Part shown: positions 1 through 15,019 of the stretch, one piece after another
How the letters are laid out: each line of letters starts with the position of its first letter
Numbering within the stretch: position 1 is the stretch's first letter
Origin: Dimorphilus gyrociliatus
Taxonomy: Eukaryota > Animalia > Annelida
DNA length: 64,000 nt
Direction: 5' to 3'
NCBI GenBank assembly: GCA_904063045.1
Contig: CAJFCJ010000002.1
Location: 2,661,891 to 2,725,890 of the forward strand
The notes under the pieces: generated by a model
What the model was told of the DNA's origin: nothing
The model's input: only the letters and a program-made list of their open reading frames with translations
Databases searched by the model: none
Position numbers and translations under genes: made by a program

Positions 1-2250
<2,250 letters not shown>

Positions 2251-2905
2251 GACAATTATTCAACGTTACTGAAAAAAAAGGCAAAAGACAATTCTCTACA
2301 TTAAACTGCTCATAATTCTTTGTTGAAATAAACAAAAAATTGAAAAATTAGGTAATAAAGACAAATTACTTTTCTTCCCTATATGCTATAGGTTGGCGTA
2401 AGTTTGTTATATGATAGCAAATATATGTTCCTTTGTTCAAGAGTGAAATTTCCATTCTGTTAAGTTTGTTTTTATAGGTATTAAAAACATAAATATATAT
2501 TTATACATATATACAAGTATATAAATGCAATAGCACAATATACAGTATATATACATATACAGTATATATATATATATATATATATATACATGCAGTTTAT
2601 AGAATATATGTCAAATTAATACGGTATAAGTATTTGAAATTTATACTGTTTGATGTAAAAATTATTGTAAATATGTCAAGTTTCTTATTTTATTTATATT
2701 TATATTATTAATAATTAAATTAACATTATAATATTTTGAACATGGAGTATTTTGGATACAGGCTACAGTTCGCTGTCGTTTTTCCTCGTTGAAAAGAAGA
2801 TTAAATAGCATTAGATAAAGGATTAAAAAGTTCGAATCTTTTAATCATTGCTTTTTTTCTAAAGAAGGCAGTATTAGTTTGCTCGTGTCTCATTTTTTTT
2901 TTGCA

Positions 2906-4818
2906 TCAAACACTGGTCATCTCAGCAGCGCCATCTTGTGAATGATTATTACTGCAAGACGAAACTTGAACTTGTTCGGTTGGAATGCACACGTAAACAG
3001 GCCTGAAAGGTAAAAAAAAAGAAAAACATTGGTACCTATATACAGAAAGTTTGCAGTTTTTTTATATTTTTTTAACTGATTCTATATTATTTCTGCAAAG
3101 TAATATAATACTATATACAGTATGTTCTAACTTGTTGACTAGAGGGTATATAAAGAGATCTGATGTTTTTAAAAGTGGCTATATATGGAACTACTAGGCC
3201 TATAAAATGAAACTAAACTATCATCTGTAATTCTAGTTCCTTTTTAACCGATCTTTCCTTTTGTATGGAATTATTTTTTCCTGTAAAGTCTCACTGCTAA
3301 ATCCGTATTTTTATCCTAATCAATAATCAATTTAGGCTGCACATCACTAATGACTGGAAATAAACCGCATACATCAAATAAAGCAATTAGAATAGCCTCT
3401 CCGAAAAAAGAGGTTAGCCTGTAATAAATACGGTTGTTGATTGGCTTCGTGACTTTGCAGTCTAATGAAAACTAAGGATTTGATATGTAGACTTTTTTTA
3501 TTATAATTAGTTAGAGTTTCTAAGAAAATCTTTAAACGCCTGTAGCAAAATAGATTATTGAAAAACGTTAAAAGGATAAACTCTGGTCATAAATAATTTA
3601 GATGGAAGAATCGAATTTTTTGTTGTTTGCTATTTGCGTTGTTTTTAAGGATATAAAAAAAAAAAAGAGAGAAAATTGTGGACATCGTTTATGTTCATTT
3701 TAAATACTACTGGTTGTAGGAAATAGTAATAGTATATACCTATATAATATTATATCGTGAGCATGATCGTGATCCGAACCGTCATAGACTTGACCCAATT
3801 GAAATTCGGGAGATATGTACATTCCACCTTCTACAACTGGGCAAGATACTTCATATTTCAACTCCGGATCAGGATGATTAGCTATCTTATAGGGCATAGT
3901 GGCGACGTCTATTGGCAAATCTACATGCAATTCTTCTCCGGACTTCTCCTTCTCAACACTAACTCTGAGAACATAGTAAATTTCTATAAGTTTACAAACA
4001 TCATTTAACGATGGCGGTAAAACTGGCAACTGCAGGTGTTGTTCAAGGTGTCGAAATTCGGTTGTATGATGAGCCGCAACTGTTGGCCCCTTATATTTCC
4101 ACACTTCCTGAACGCTTTCTTTTAATAAACCCAATACGGAATATTTGGTGATCTTATATTCAACGTGTTGTCTAAGCTTACAAACGAGCCAGACATTGGC
4201 GTCACTTCCGTTCTGAACTTCCGCTCGCAACTTGATTTTTTCACCACTACAGTAAGCCGTTCTTTCTAGTGTGGCTTCCAACTGAATCGGAACGGAAGAG
4301 CAGCAGAGTCCATTGCAACAGACGCTAGACGATTTGATAACATTTACAGGAGTCAAATAGGCTTCAGAGGTAGCATCAATTCTTGGACCGATAATGGTAA
4401 AGTATTTTAGACCTTGGGGAGGAGAGGCATATGGGATATCTATAATAACCCTCAAATAGTATCTGATCGTTCCCACTTTTGATTCGAAAGAGCAAGGAAG
4501 AGAAGACTCCGGAAGTCGGAACTCGAACGGGAATTTATGATTACCGCGTGGCATTATGGGAATAGTACCCTCTTCGTGCTTATCCTTACCCCAAGCCACC
4601 ACTTTATCATCTACGAAATACTGCTCTTCCTTGACGGTTCTCCTCTCTCCTCCTTTGGTAATTTTCCATTCAACATGAGCTTTTCCCCTCAACAAAACAC
4701 GAACTCCTCTGACCTTTAGATTTTCGGTAACATCAACAATCACCCATCCTTTTGCTCTTTCACCGGCGTAGTAGTATTCCCTCTCCAATTCTATGTCAAA
4801 TCGCTTAATATTATCCAT
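2906..4818 (-). CDS. Alpha-arrestin (arrestin domain-containing protein); exons 4818-3740 and 3002-2906
   Basis: ORF 3700-4863 has arrestin N/C-domain motifs (YYAGE, VRGVRVLLRGKA, FPFEFRLPESSLPCSFESKVGTIRYYL, AYCSGEKI). The phase-2 donor AG|gtatat at 3740 joins the acceptor tttcag| at 3002 to give ...ILYRPVYVCIP...EMTSV*. The start ATG (MDNIKRF) is at 4818. Confidence 0.9.
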
Positions 4819-6558
4819 TATAATATATCCCTTAATTTTTCTACAGAACCATGGACCTAGCAATTTAAAAAAAGAGACAATTGATTAGATATGCATGGGT
4901 TACGCAAATTAGTAAATGCGCACGCACCTATGATTATATACGCCTACGAGTTGTTTGTTGTGTAATGTAAGACAATGTTTATAAATACGATTTACGGCGT
5001 CGAATAAAAAAAGCGTCGGATTTCTGATTCGTAAAAAAAGCTGACAACTTTATAATTATTTTTATAGATGTTTACGACAGTCAGCGGTCGAGTGTTACAT
5101 TCGTAAGGAAATAGATATCGATTTATCTACTCCCGATTATTTTTCCACTCCAATTGGTAGTATCTATGACCGGAATCTATTTGCTTTTTTTTTACGTCAC
5201 GCCATCTTTCCTTTATTACTCCGGGCACAGTCCAGGAGGAAGAAGGAGGGGGTATAGTTAAGACTAGTAGTTATTGACCGAATGGTAGCCATTGGCAACC
5301 AGTAGAACGTATACATGTTACATTATGACACACGTACATTTTTATTACAGTATAATGAACAATAAAATGAGTATTTACAGTTAACAATCCAACTGCAGTG
5401 TATAATTATCTATTTATTTATTTATATTTACACTAATATAGACGCTTTTTCCTCTCTTATCGGTTCTTATCTATTATACAAATAAGTTTTATGGTGCTGT
5501 GACGGAGGAGAAGCGGGAAATTTCTCTGAACCAAAACCTTTGTGTACCACTTAAGCAGCCTTTTCTCCATGCATTATTCAAGCGTGCACAAGATAAACAA
5601 GCTTGCAATATACGACGGCCGTATATATCTAATAAATTATGCAGTAGGATGTAATGGTTCCATATAAGAGCAGGTGTTCCATATTGCATAAAAATGCTTT
5701 TCCTTATCTACTACTGATAATGGTAAATAGTAAAGAAACTGGAGTCACATTGGGTCGATAAATGTCAATATATGACCTATATATGTATCAATTTAACGAA
5801 TGATATAGGAAAAGAACGCTTGCCATTTCGGATGTGCATAATTATGTCTTCTCTGGGTTTTTTTTCTTTTACTTTCTTTTTTTTTGCAGTAGTCTTTCCG
5901 CGATCTACTCTTATCATCAAAGACGCACCGCCGAGCACAACACCGGCGCCATATTGATTTTACCAATCGCTATTAACATAGCTTTCGCCAGTTAGACGTC
6001 AACACTTATATAAAAGCTTACGATAAAGCGTCTAAAGGACGTCGGTTTTTTTTGAAAATATACGAGGAAAAATAGTATATATATTTTTATTATCCCTTAG
6101 AAGCTCTTACCTCATCTTAATGGAAGAGGATAGACCGAAAGAGAATGTATTTGCTTCCTTTTTTTCCAGTTTTTCAGTAATCAAAATAACAATCGATGAG
6201 GAGAAATTTTTTATGAATTCTTACGGAGTAGACCTTTTATCTGTTTAATCTCGTACTTTCTTTCACTCCCTTCCTCGAATATAACGTAAACAGCCGTAAG
6301 AGTAAATCACGAAGCTGCAGAGGCTTTGCAGATAGCTCGCGTGTCAATGATTTTCCAGCCGTTTACACCGCCCTCTATAGGCAACTGGAAATAAATTTCT
6401 TTTCTCTATAACTGTATGATAAGTAAAAACTAAAGAAGAATCACACTGAGCGACCTCTAAAGTCGTTTATTCCCTCTGTGTTTATAATATATTAATACAA
6501 TCTCCCAAAGTTTATTTTTAATGCAAGTTTATTATCAGTATACACTAAATTATTTAAC

Positions 6559-9500
6559 TCATGCACTTGATACTTCAAGATCTTTCATTATTCGTAAGCA
6601 CAATTCGTCTTGGAACGGTTTTGTAACAATTTGAACGCTACAAGATAGGCCTATCGATCCAGATGTACATTGATCCTTTAAAACTTTTTCAGGTGTTGTA
6701 ACTGATTGGTACTTTTTAGATTCCATTTCATCTTCCGCCGTTACTTTCGTCATCGGTAGGCTTCCTAAACGATAAAAACCGGAACTTAATACTTTTTTAA
6801 TACATTTGCATATAATGTATAAACTACTCATGGAAAATGACTAAACGTTAACCTGGTACAGAATAATCAATACTATTACTACTATTATCATTATTGTTAG
6901 TATCATTAAGCCATTGTTAAAAATCGTTTCTCATTAAATAACTGCCTTTATGTTTTTAAGCCATTTAACGTTTGACTTTGCCTATTTTTTTTTTGTTAAA
7001 TAAAATATAAAAAAAAAAATAATCGATCTAATAATTTACCAGCTGGACAGGATAACAGATTGTAGATACCAGTGTAGAAGGAGGCAGAGGCAGCAAAACT
7101 AAATTTACCCAATTCTACAGCAGGACAGGGGAATGTAGGACATAAAACTGCATCCAAACCCAAACTATTCCACTTGTCCCATACCTTATTTCTATACATG
7201 TTCGCTTCATGAGTATGTTTCCACCAACCCGAAACTGAACGTATGCGCAAGAGATCAAGGACAGCCCGCCCTAAATCGGGTTTTATCAATTTTGCGATAT
7301 ATCCAATTATATATTTCATTGGTTTTGCTATTTGACAAAGTGTCGCTGATATTTTGATGGCTGATGAAAGTTCATCATGCTCTCTATTGAAAAAAAATTA
7401 AAAAAATGGGTCAAACCTAGAATTATCGATATTAATACGATGAAATTTATTACTAACGTAGCATCTGCAATAGATTTTCCATTATCACCATAGAGTGAAA
7501 TTATAAACAGTGATAAAGCATATTCGACGTCAGGTAATTCGAAGGGCACGAGCTGGAAAAATCAAGAAAAAGAAACAACTTAAAGAATTTGTAGCCAAAC
7601 ATAAAAAACCAGAAGCCTATACAGTATATACACTGTATATAGGTTATTGTATATTTAATATATATTAAAAATAAGCTGGTAAAAAAAAACATATATACAA
7701 GTATATATTATATATTACGCATATAGCACCAATAGACTGCGTATGTTATATAAAATATTGCAGAATTAGCTTGCTAACCTCATATCCTTTCTTCTCAAGT
7801 TGTTCTTTTGCCATTTTTATAGATCTTCGCACTACTGGAAATGATTTGCAGTAATTCAAGGAATCATAATATCCAATTTTTAGTTTTCTTGTTGAGTTAT
7901 ACATCTATTTACGGTGAATTCGAAGAAATTCTTTTAATGAATTAAAAAGAAATTTGACTCTCTTGTTATTTAGTTCTTACCTCTTTATTAAATGGGATAG
8001 GATAAGCAAGTGGATCCATTTTAAAGTATTCATCTACTAGTACATTCTCAAGAAAATAGCGTATAGTATCTATATCACGAGCCATAGGACCGTAGCAAGA
8101 TTTAACTACTTCTTGTCCGACCTGGACACCTTTTATCTTCCTACTGCCAATTCTATTCGGAGTTAATTTTAGCGCACATGTACCAGCCATATGAGATGGG
8201 ATTCTAAGAGATCCTCCGATATCCGAGCCTACTCCCAAGATAGAGCCTTGACCACTTAGTAGAACAGCTTCTCCACCCGAGCTACCTCCTGGGTTACGAT
8301 TACTGAAGCCCAATAAATTTGTTGGTCCATAGATTGGATTATTAGTTTCCCAACTGTATAACAAAATTTCATTTTAAATACTTTAAATAGCTAAAACAAT
8401 AAAATTAACATTTCATGAAAATGATAATAAAATAATATGATTGAATGTTGTATACTGTTTATATTATATATTAATAGGGTCAAAATTCAATTATTAAACT
8501 TATTAAAAGTATTATATTTATGACAGAAAGTTTTTTTGTTGAGATAAATTTGGTTGTTAATTTTTTTTTAAAAAAAAAAGAAACAAAACAAAACCTTTTA
8601 AAACGAATAGTAAAATAATAAAAACTACTAAATAATTTACAGTTTTTTACGGTAGAAAAACAACAACTGGAAAAGTATTAAGAAATAATGAAAAACAGTA
8701 ATTTACACGCTATTGTTTTGAATTCAATTGAGTTGTTTGTTCAAGTACGAGAATCTTTTGATATTATTACTTCTTCTTCGATAATTGATGCAAAATCTGA
8801 TGATGTATCTCTAGTTGTTTGACTAGTAATTGATGATTGAGTTTCTTTACTTAATTGTTCTAGTTGAGCTTCAATAGCGTCTAATAGACCTTCTTTTCTT
8901 GGACGTTTTAGCCAGGCAATCCGTCTTTTTACAACTTCCTTTGTTATATTTATACCAACTACTAAAGGAACTAGTAGGAGACAAGTAGACGCAATTATTA
9001 AATTGAAAAGATAATCTTCCCCGTTTAGCGGTGTTAATCTCTTAATACGGGTGTAAACCGTTGGGTTTTGTGTAGATTGGGAAGGGAGATCAATAATATC
9101 ATCAGTCCAATTTATCAAAGGAAAAAAAGGATCGCATCGACAACTAATTAAGACATTTTTAGAATTGTTATATTTAACAAGTTTTATTTCTAATCTATCT
9201 TTTTTCTCAAAAGAATTTTCATAGCATGTGAATCGAGTTTTACCATTTAATTTGGAAACTATTAGGTAACAATCGCCCAATTTGACATGACGAATTAACG
9301 ATGCGATAATCAATGATATGAAATTGTTTCGGTTGACAGATCTCAAACGGAATACAACCTTGGAATTATAATCTAACGTTGAATTCATCAGACGATCGCA
9401 TATCAAGTTCCTTTCATTCAACTCTGTTAGAATTGGTGTTAGGAGTTGGCAGGCAAGAGTTTTATCTTGGGCAAAAATAATCAATTCCTGTAGTCTATCT

Positions 9501-11421
9501 CTTCGAAAATTTAAACTCTTAGTTATTAATTTACATCGAATATATAAATGTCTCGGCCCACCTCCAGATTGTAATAGTCTATTTACAGAAGTGATAAAAC
9601 GTTCGTCTTCATCCTCATCCTCCGTTGGACAAAATAAATAAACTTTATTGATCAGGCAAGATGAGAAAGCTCTCGGATAAAGGAAATCTTTGGATTGGAT
9701 AAGAAACATAAACTTTTCTATTCTACAATAACTGAATGCAACTGGATGAACAATAAGTGGGCGATTAGAAGACGAGCGGATAATAAAAAATTCTATACTA
9801 GCATTGAAAAATGCTCTTTTATTTATTCTTAGATCCTTATTTCTTAGTAATATCAATTTATTTATCTTAATCGAATCGTTTAAATTCCTTTCTCGGATTA
9901 TCAATGATTTCGATTCTTCAATTCTTACAAAGCCAAATTCCCTTACTCCGAACGCATCCAGAGAGAAATCTAAATTTACTGAATAAGTTCGACAAATATA
10001 AACGGACACGATCAAACGCCGATAAGATAGCTCATCAATTTTCGATTTTACAGATTTCCAATAAAAAGTAAACTTATCATTTGTAATTAATCCAATCATA
10101 GTTAAATTGAAATAAGTATTATCAGATATATCAATGATAGTGTAACTATAATTAGCACGAATATCGGGGCAAAAACCGAATGTATACTCGTAACAGATAA
10201 ATATTCTCAATAAGATAACATTTAAAATATGGCGCATGATAGAATTCTAAAGCTCATAAATTCTATGTGTTTTTTAAAGTTTTCGTATTAAATTCCACGT
10301 AATCTTTCTTTCTTTCTATCTTTCTTGTTTGTTTGTTTTTTATTGATGAAGTATTTTATCCTTTTAGTTAAATAACTCAAAAAATATATAAAACTAGATA
10401 CTAACCTTACAAGTGTTTGCGGTATATTTGTCTTTACGAATGGTATAGCTCCATTTTTTACCAAAAACTAACGAATATTCAAATTATTTAAATTATAAGT
10501 AATACTATTGTTTTTAATTACCTCTATTAAAGTTGAAGTTTCTTCAGCCGTTTCGGATAGATACTTTGAACAGCCTAACGTTGTATGATAACCCTAATGT
10601 TTTTTTTTTCGCAATATAACAAAGTTAGGGAAGATATGTTGAGATGCGTAATGAAGATAACACGGGAAAGAAAGGAAGGGATAGAAGAAAAAAAAGGTCG
10701 TAAAATGGTTAGTCATACACTTGTATCGAAAAATATCATAAAATACCTTAATTTGATAATTATCCTTCACGCTGAGTGGAATGCCATAAAAAGCTCCCTT
10801 TGCATTGGAGGGCTTTAAAGAAAATTCCAAATATTTATATGCCTTCCTCAAATCACTATCATTGAAGTAGGAAAAAAAAGAAAAAGAATATTATTTAAGC
10901 CTACTTACTCTGGCCTCGATTATCGGATCAGTCAAGCAGTTCGTCTTATCATGAATTTCCAAAGCCTTATTTTAATAAATAACATAATTTACAATAATAA
11001 AAAATGGATTAAAAGACTTTTTTTTAATATCATGTCGTCAACCTTAATTTGATATGACTTCAAAATTAACTCTGGATCTAGTTTACCAGTTTTGTACCCT
11101 TCTACAAGATCCATAAACTTTTGATTTACCATTTCTGATATAGTTTCTTCTGAAATCTATATATAGAATATATTTTTTGGTATAGATTTTATATTCAAAA
11201 GAAGGCAGAATTTAAATAAATACGTTTTGTTTATCCAAATAATTACGATATTTTTTAAAGCATTCCTCTCTATCCACTTTCTTCTTTCTTCTCAATTCTG
11301 CTAATAGCAATCTTTTCCTGTTTAATATTCTTTGAAGAAAATATAATAACATTAAAACTCCTCCACCAGTTCCAGCTAATTGTACCAAGAAATTATCTGA
11401 CAAGGCGTTCATGAACCACAT
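6559..11421 (-). CDS. FAAH: Fatty-acid amide hydrolase-family amidase (amidase signature), multi-exon, N-terminal TM helix
   Basis: Exons give GIPLSVKDN (catalytic Lys), GAIPFVKTNIPQT, SWETNNPIYGPT, PGGSSGGE and GSDIGGSLRIP (Ser-cisSer-Lys triad), then LDAVLCPTFPCPA and SVQIVTKPFQDELCLRIMKDLE. One ~2-kb intron (about 8356-10406) holds another gene. Confidence 0.9.
8741..10237 (-). CDS. Intronless 498-aa predicted single-pass membrane protein with degenerate LRR-like ectodomain, nested in a FAAH intron
   Basis: 1.5-kb uninterrupted ORF in AT-rich DNA. It has an N-terminal hydrophobic signal-like stretch, LxIxxxAFxxxxI repeats (LRINKRAFFNASI, LIVHPVAFSYCRI, FLYPRAFSSCLI), a CRC motif, a TM segment LFNLIIASTCLLLVPLVVGINI followed by basic KRR, and a Ser/Thr-rich tail. 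Confidence 0.75.
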   Translation of the reverse strand: MRHILNVILLRIFICYEYTFGFCPDIRANYSYTIIDISDNTYFNLTMIGLITNDKFTFYWKSVKSKIDELSYRRLIVSVYICRTYSVNLDFSLDAFGVREFGFVRIEESKSLIIRERNLNDSIKINKLILLRNKDLRINKRAFFNASIEFFIIRSSSNRPLIVHPVAFSYCRIEKFMFLIQSKDFLYPRAFSSCLINKVYLFCPTEDEDEDERFITSVNRLLQSGGGPRHLYIRCKLITKSLNFRRDRLQELIIFAQDKTLACQLLTPILTELNERNLICDRLMNSTLDYNSKVVFRLRSVNRNNFISLIIASLIRHVKLGDCYLIVSKLNGKTRFTCYENSFEKKDRLEIKLVKYNNSKNVLISCRCDPFFPLINWTDDIIDLPSQSTQNPTVYTRIKRLTPLNGEDYLFNLIIASTCLLLVPLVVGINITKEVVKRRIAWLKRPRKEGLLDAIEAQLEQLSKETQSSITSQTTRDTSSDFASIIEEEVIISKDSRT

Positions 11422-12778
11422 TTTAGAGGTTTTATGTCTTGAACTCTTCTCTATTTAACCTATATTTTCTCTTAAATAGCTGTCTGCTAAGCAGACAAGC
11501 GAGTGAATAATTTTTTGTTGTGATATTTGGACTGATAGCATCTATTATCATTTCTATCAGTTTTATCGAGCCGTTCAATGTTTATTGGCTCATAAATGAA
11601 TCTAATTAATTATTCTATCAGCTAAGTAATTGTTTAATTGTAGAATTACATAGTTAATATTTTAGTATTAATAGTTAATTCTACAGGTAATATTACTCTT
11701 AATTATCGCTCGAAACGAGATCTCTTTGGGATTAAAATTATTGAATTACAATAAAACAGTAGACTTTGGAAATAAATTTCCAACAAGAGCTTTTTCATTA
11801 TGAATAATAATTAACTTTTTATTGGACGAAAGCTATAGTGCATGTTCAATTTCTTTATATACAGCATCTTTATGAATGCCTGCACTTCCCATGGCATTTG
11901 TAATTAGTTCAAAGTTGATGATGTAGATGGCACAGCTGTAGAGTAATATGGAAATTAGGTATTTTAAATGCTTCTTTAGAATTATAAGCTTGGTGCTCCC
12001 TCTGAAGCGAACAAGTGGAACAAATTACATTATTTATTTCATTGAAAACATGAATATAGAGTGATATTTCTTAGGGGCTAAAGGTTATAGATGAAATATG
12101 TCCTAGAGGCAGACACCTCGATTAGTATCATGAAATAGAATTTTCTAACATCGCATCTATTTGATAAATCGATTCAGTAGGAAAAAAAAGAGAGAAAAAG
12201 CAATATATCATATAAATTCCTCGTAAAAAAAAGATGTTTCTATATTTTGCATCCTTATGATGCATACTAAAAGGAAGTAAAACTATCCTTTTACTCATTT
12301 TATTGAATTTATACATTCTATCTAAGCTTACACACAGAGTAATGAATATCCTTTATCAGCGTATTTATATATAGATATACACTGTATTTGTGTATATACA
12401 TTATAAATATATAATGCAAACTATATGTAGCATACATACAGTATACACACTTGGCATTATTACAAAATCCCACAGGATGGGATTAAGTTAATTGCATGGC
12501 TGACTTTTCCACCTCTGTATGCCATGTCGGCACGTATTTTTTCAAATGTTATCTTTTGTTATAAGTTTGTAAATTTTTAATTGAAAAAAAATAATACAAA
12601 TATTTTCATTAGTTAAGCATCTTAATTATCAAGATTCTCTTCCTTTTTATACAGGATATGGGGAAGCTACAGTAGTAGATATCTATCTTTACTATCTATT
12701 GTATAAAATATTGATACGTAATATTCGTTCAAGTAAAGTCTAAAGGTGGAAGTGATAATTTTCTAAAATTTGTGAAAA

Positions 12779-15019
12779 TTATACTTTTGTCACGGAAATG
12801 TTCTTCGTCGAGTTATTTTCTTTTTCTACATCTACGAAACCAGCGTTAGACTTTCCATTTTCGTTTATTTCAAAATCGTTTTTCTTATAACAGCGGCAGA
12901 CTGAGGGACAGCTGCGTTTTCCACACACATTTAGACCTTGGAAACCTGGGCAAAAGGGTAGGTATTTTCTTGTGGATAAACCACAACATCTTAAATATTT
13001 TGAAAGAAATGGTATCTCTGGTAGGTCATAGATTTCATCGTTGTCGTTATTAACGTTAGACGAACTTTCTGCGCTCTCCAGCCAAGTTGTCATACCTCTT
13101 TCCTTTCTAGAGCCTAATTAATAGCAAAAATAATAAAATGGGATGATATATTCATCGTAAAAAAACACAATAATAACCAACCTGGGAGAATGTTATCAAG
13201 AATAAAGGCGACAAAACCACCAACAAACATACTTGTACTTAATAAAACAACGAATATCTGATCAATTACTTCTTCACCAGTTTTAATGCTCGATCGATTA
13301 TTCGCCATCCACTTAGATATTGTTAGAGCAGAGAATATTGAAAATCCTATTACGAAGAGGTTTCTTGATGAATTTAAATCAACAAATTGCAAGTTTGATA
13401 GACCAATAGCCGTAATCATTCCAAATGTAACACAAAATAATCCTCCAATTATTGGATCTGGTATAGTTACAAAAACGGCTCCAAATTTACCGACAAGACT
13501 AAAAAGAAGCATAAATAATGCACCACATTGTACGACTCTTCGACTTGCAACCTAATAAAAATTTAGCATTGAGTCAATATGCTATCGAAAAGAACATATG
13601 CTCTGTACTTGATCAAAATATTAGCTAACCTTGGTCAATCCAATCGCTCCTATATTTTCACTATAAGAGGTTGTTCCATTACCGCTTCCCCATAACCCTG
13701 CCAAGACGCAGGATATACCCTCTATTCCAATACCTCTATTTACAGCGTGAGGTGGAGGAGGTGGTGCCCCACTTAATCTAGCGCAAGCGTAATAATCTCC
13801 TATACTTTCGACCGCGGATGCTAGTACTCCAGCTAAAATGCCAAAAACTCCTTTTACAGTTACTGTTGGCCTACCCCACTGTCCAGGATATGGAAAGCGA
13901 AACCATTTTGTATTTGTTAATACGTCAATCTTCGTATCTGTTCTAGCTGCATAGCCCCATTTATCTTTATCATTAGGGAAGACGTCTGTGGCAGTAAGTA
14001 TAGCACATAAAATCCACGATATGGCTATTCCGAGTAATACAGGAAAGGATTTAAATAAAGGAAATCGGCCTATATAACAGCCTCCATCCCTTGTATAAGC
14101 GGGAATTCTAACATCTAGATTATGAATAATCTGAGAGAAGATGATGATTGAAACTACCGTTCTGTAGGATATAATATCGTAATTAAAATGTAACTGAATG
14201 TAACTTATATTTATCTCATGTAATTACAATAAAGCTATCCACCAATGTTGGGAGGAAAAATTAAATGCCGCTTCGAATAGGGACAGTCCCACTAAAGTTA
14301 TCGTAGGAGCAATAACTAAAGGCCCAATAAATTTAATTATTCCTCCAATGAGACCCGTAAAGCCTAGAAAAACTTCGAAAAGAGAAGCAACAATAATAGC
14401 TCCCTGGAGCTCTCTCATTCTTATTTTCCATTCTACATCATCACTCGATTCTGGTACTGATGGAGTACTTATCAATGTTCCATTATTTGTAGGTATTGTA
14501 GGACATTTTGAAAATAGTGCCTGAGTGGGAATAAGAAAGCTAAAGGTCGCCCCCTGAACTATAGGCAATCTCGTTCCAAAGGTGGTCTGTAACAAGGTGG
14601 AAAGGCCTGACACGAAGAATATGGTTGATAATATTTCAGCTTTGGCAACATTGTCGTGATCGTAGCACAGGGATTGTGCAAGTACAAGTGGAACTACAAT
14701 AGTTGCACCAAACATGGTCAAGTAGTGCTAAAATTAAAGAAAGGGAATATATGGCGACTATTGATCATCAAACAATACGGTATACATGTATAAAAGGATG
14801 TTATATGCTTTATATAAACAATATTCTACCCTTTGATATTCGTGCAGCTGGATACTTTCCCATTACCTACCTTTAATAGATTAATTAACATTGTATAAAA
14901 ATGAAAATAAATCTCACCTGTAAACCTAACAAAATTGATAAGTACCACGGCGGTGTATCATTTACATAGTATAACAGCTTGTTTCCAGACGATCGGGATT
15001 CATTATCGGCTTCCTCCAT
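12779..15019 (-). CDS. SLC23 / nucleobase-ascorbate transporter (NAT) family member, multi-exon
   Basis: [20 protein letters not shown]|[47 protein letters not shown], the NAT signature [13 protein letters not shown]|[33 protein letters not shown] and LDNILPG. Confidence 0.92.

Noticed and set aside
2830-2838. Pol III B-box-like GTTCGAATC (also at 24334)
   Set aside because: No A-box at the proper spacing and no cloverleaf, so not a tRNA or SINE.
5489-5957. ORFs of 66 and 61 aa upstream of the arrestin
   Set aside because: No recognisable motifs or splice support; they lie in the probable arrestin 5'UTR intron.
11833-11935. Exon-like open frame on the minus strand (CAIYIINFELITNAMGSAGIHKDAVYKEIEHAL*) after a ctacag acceptor
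   Set aside because: No partner exon or homology found; it could be SLC23 3'UTR or intergenic sequence.
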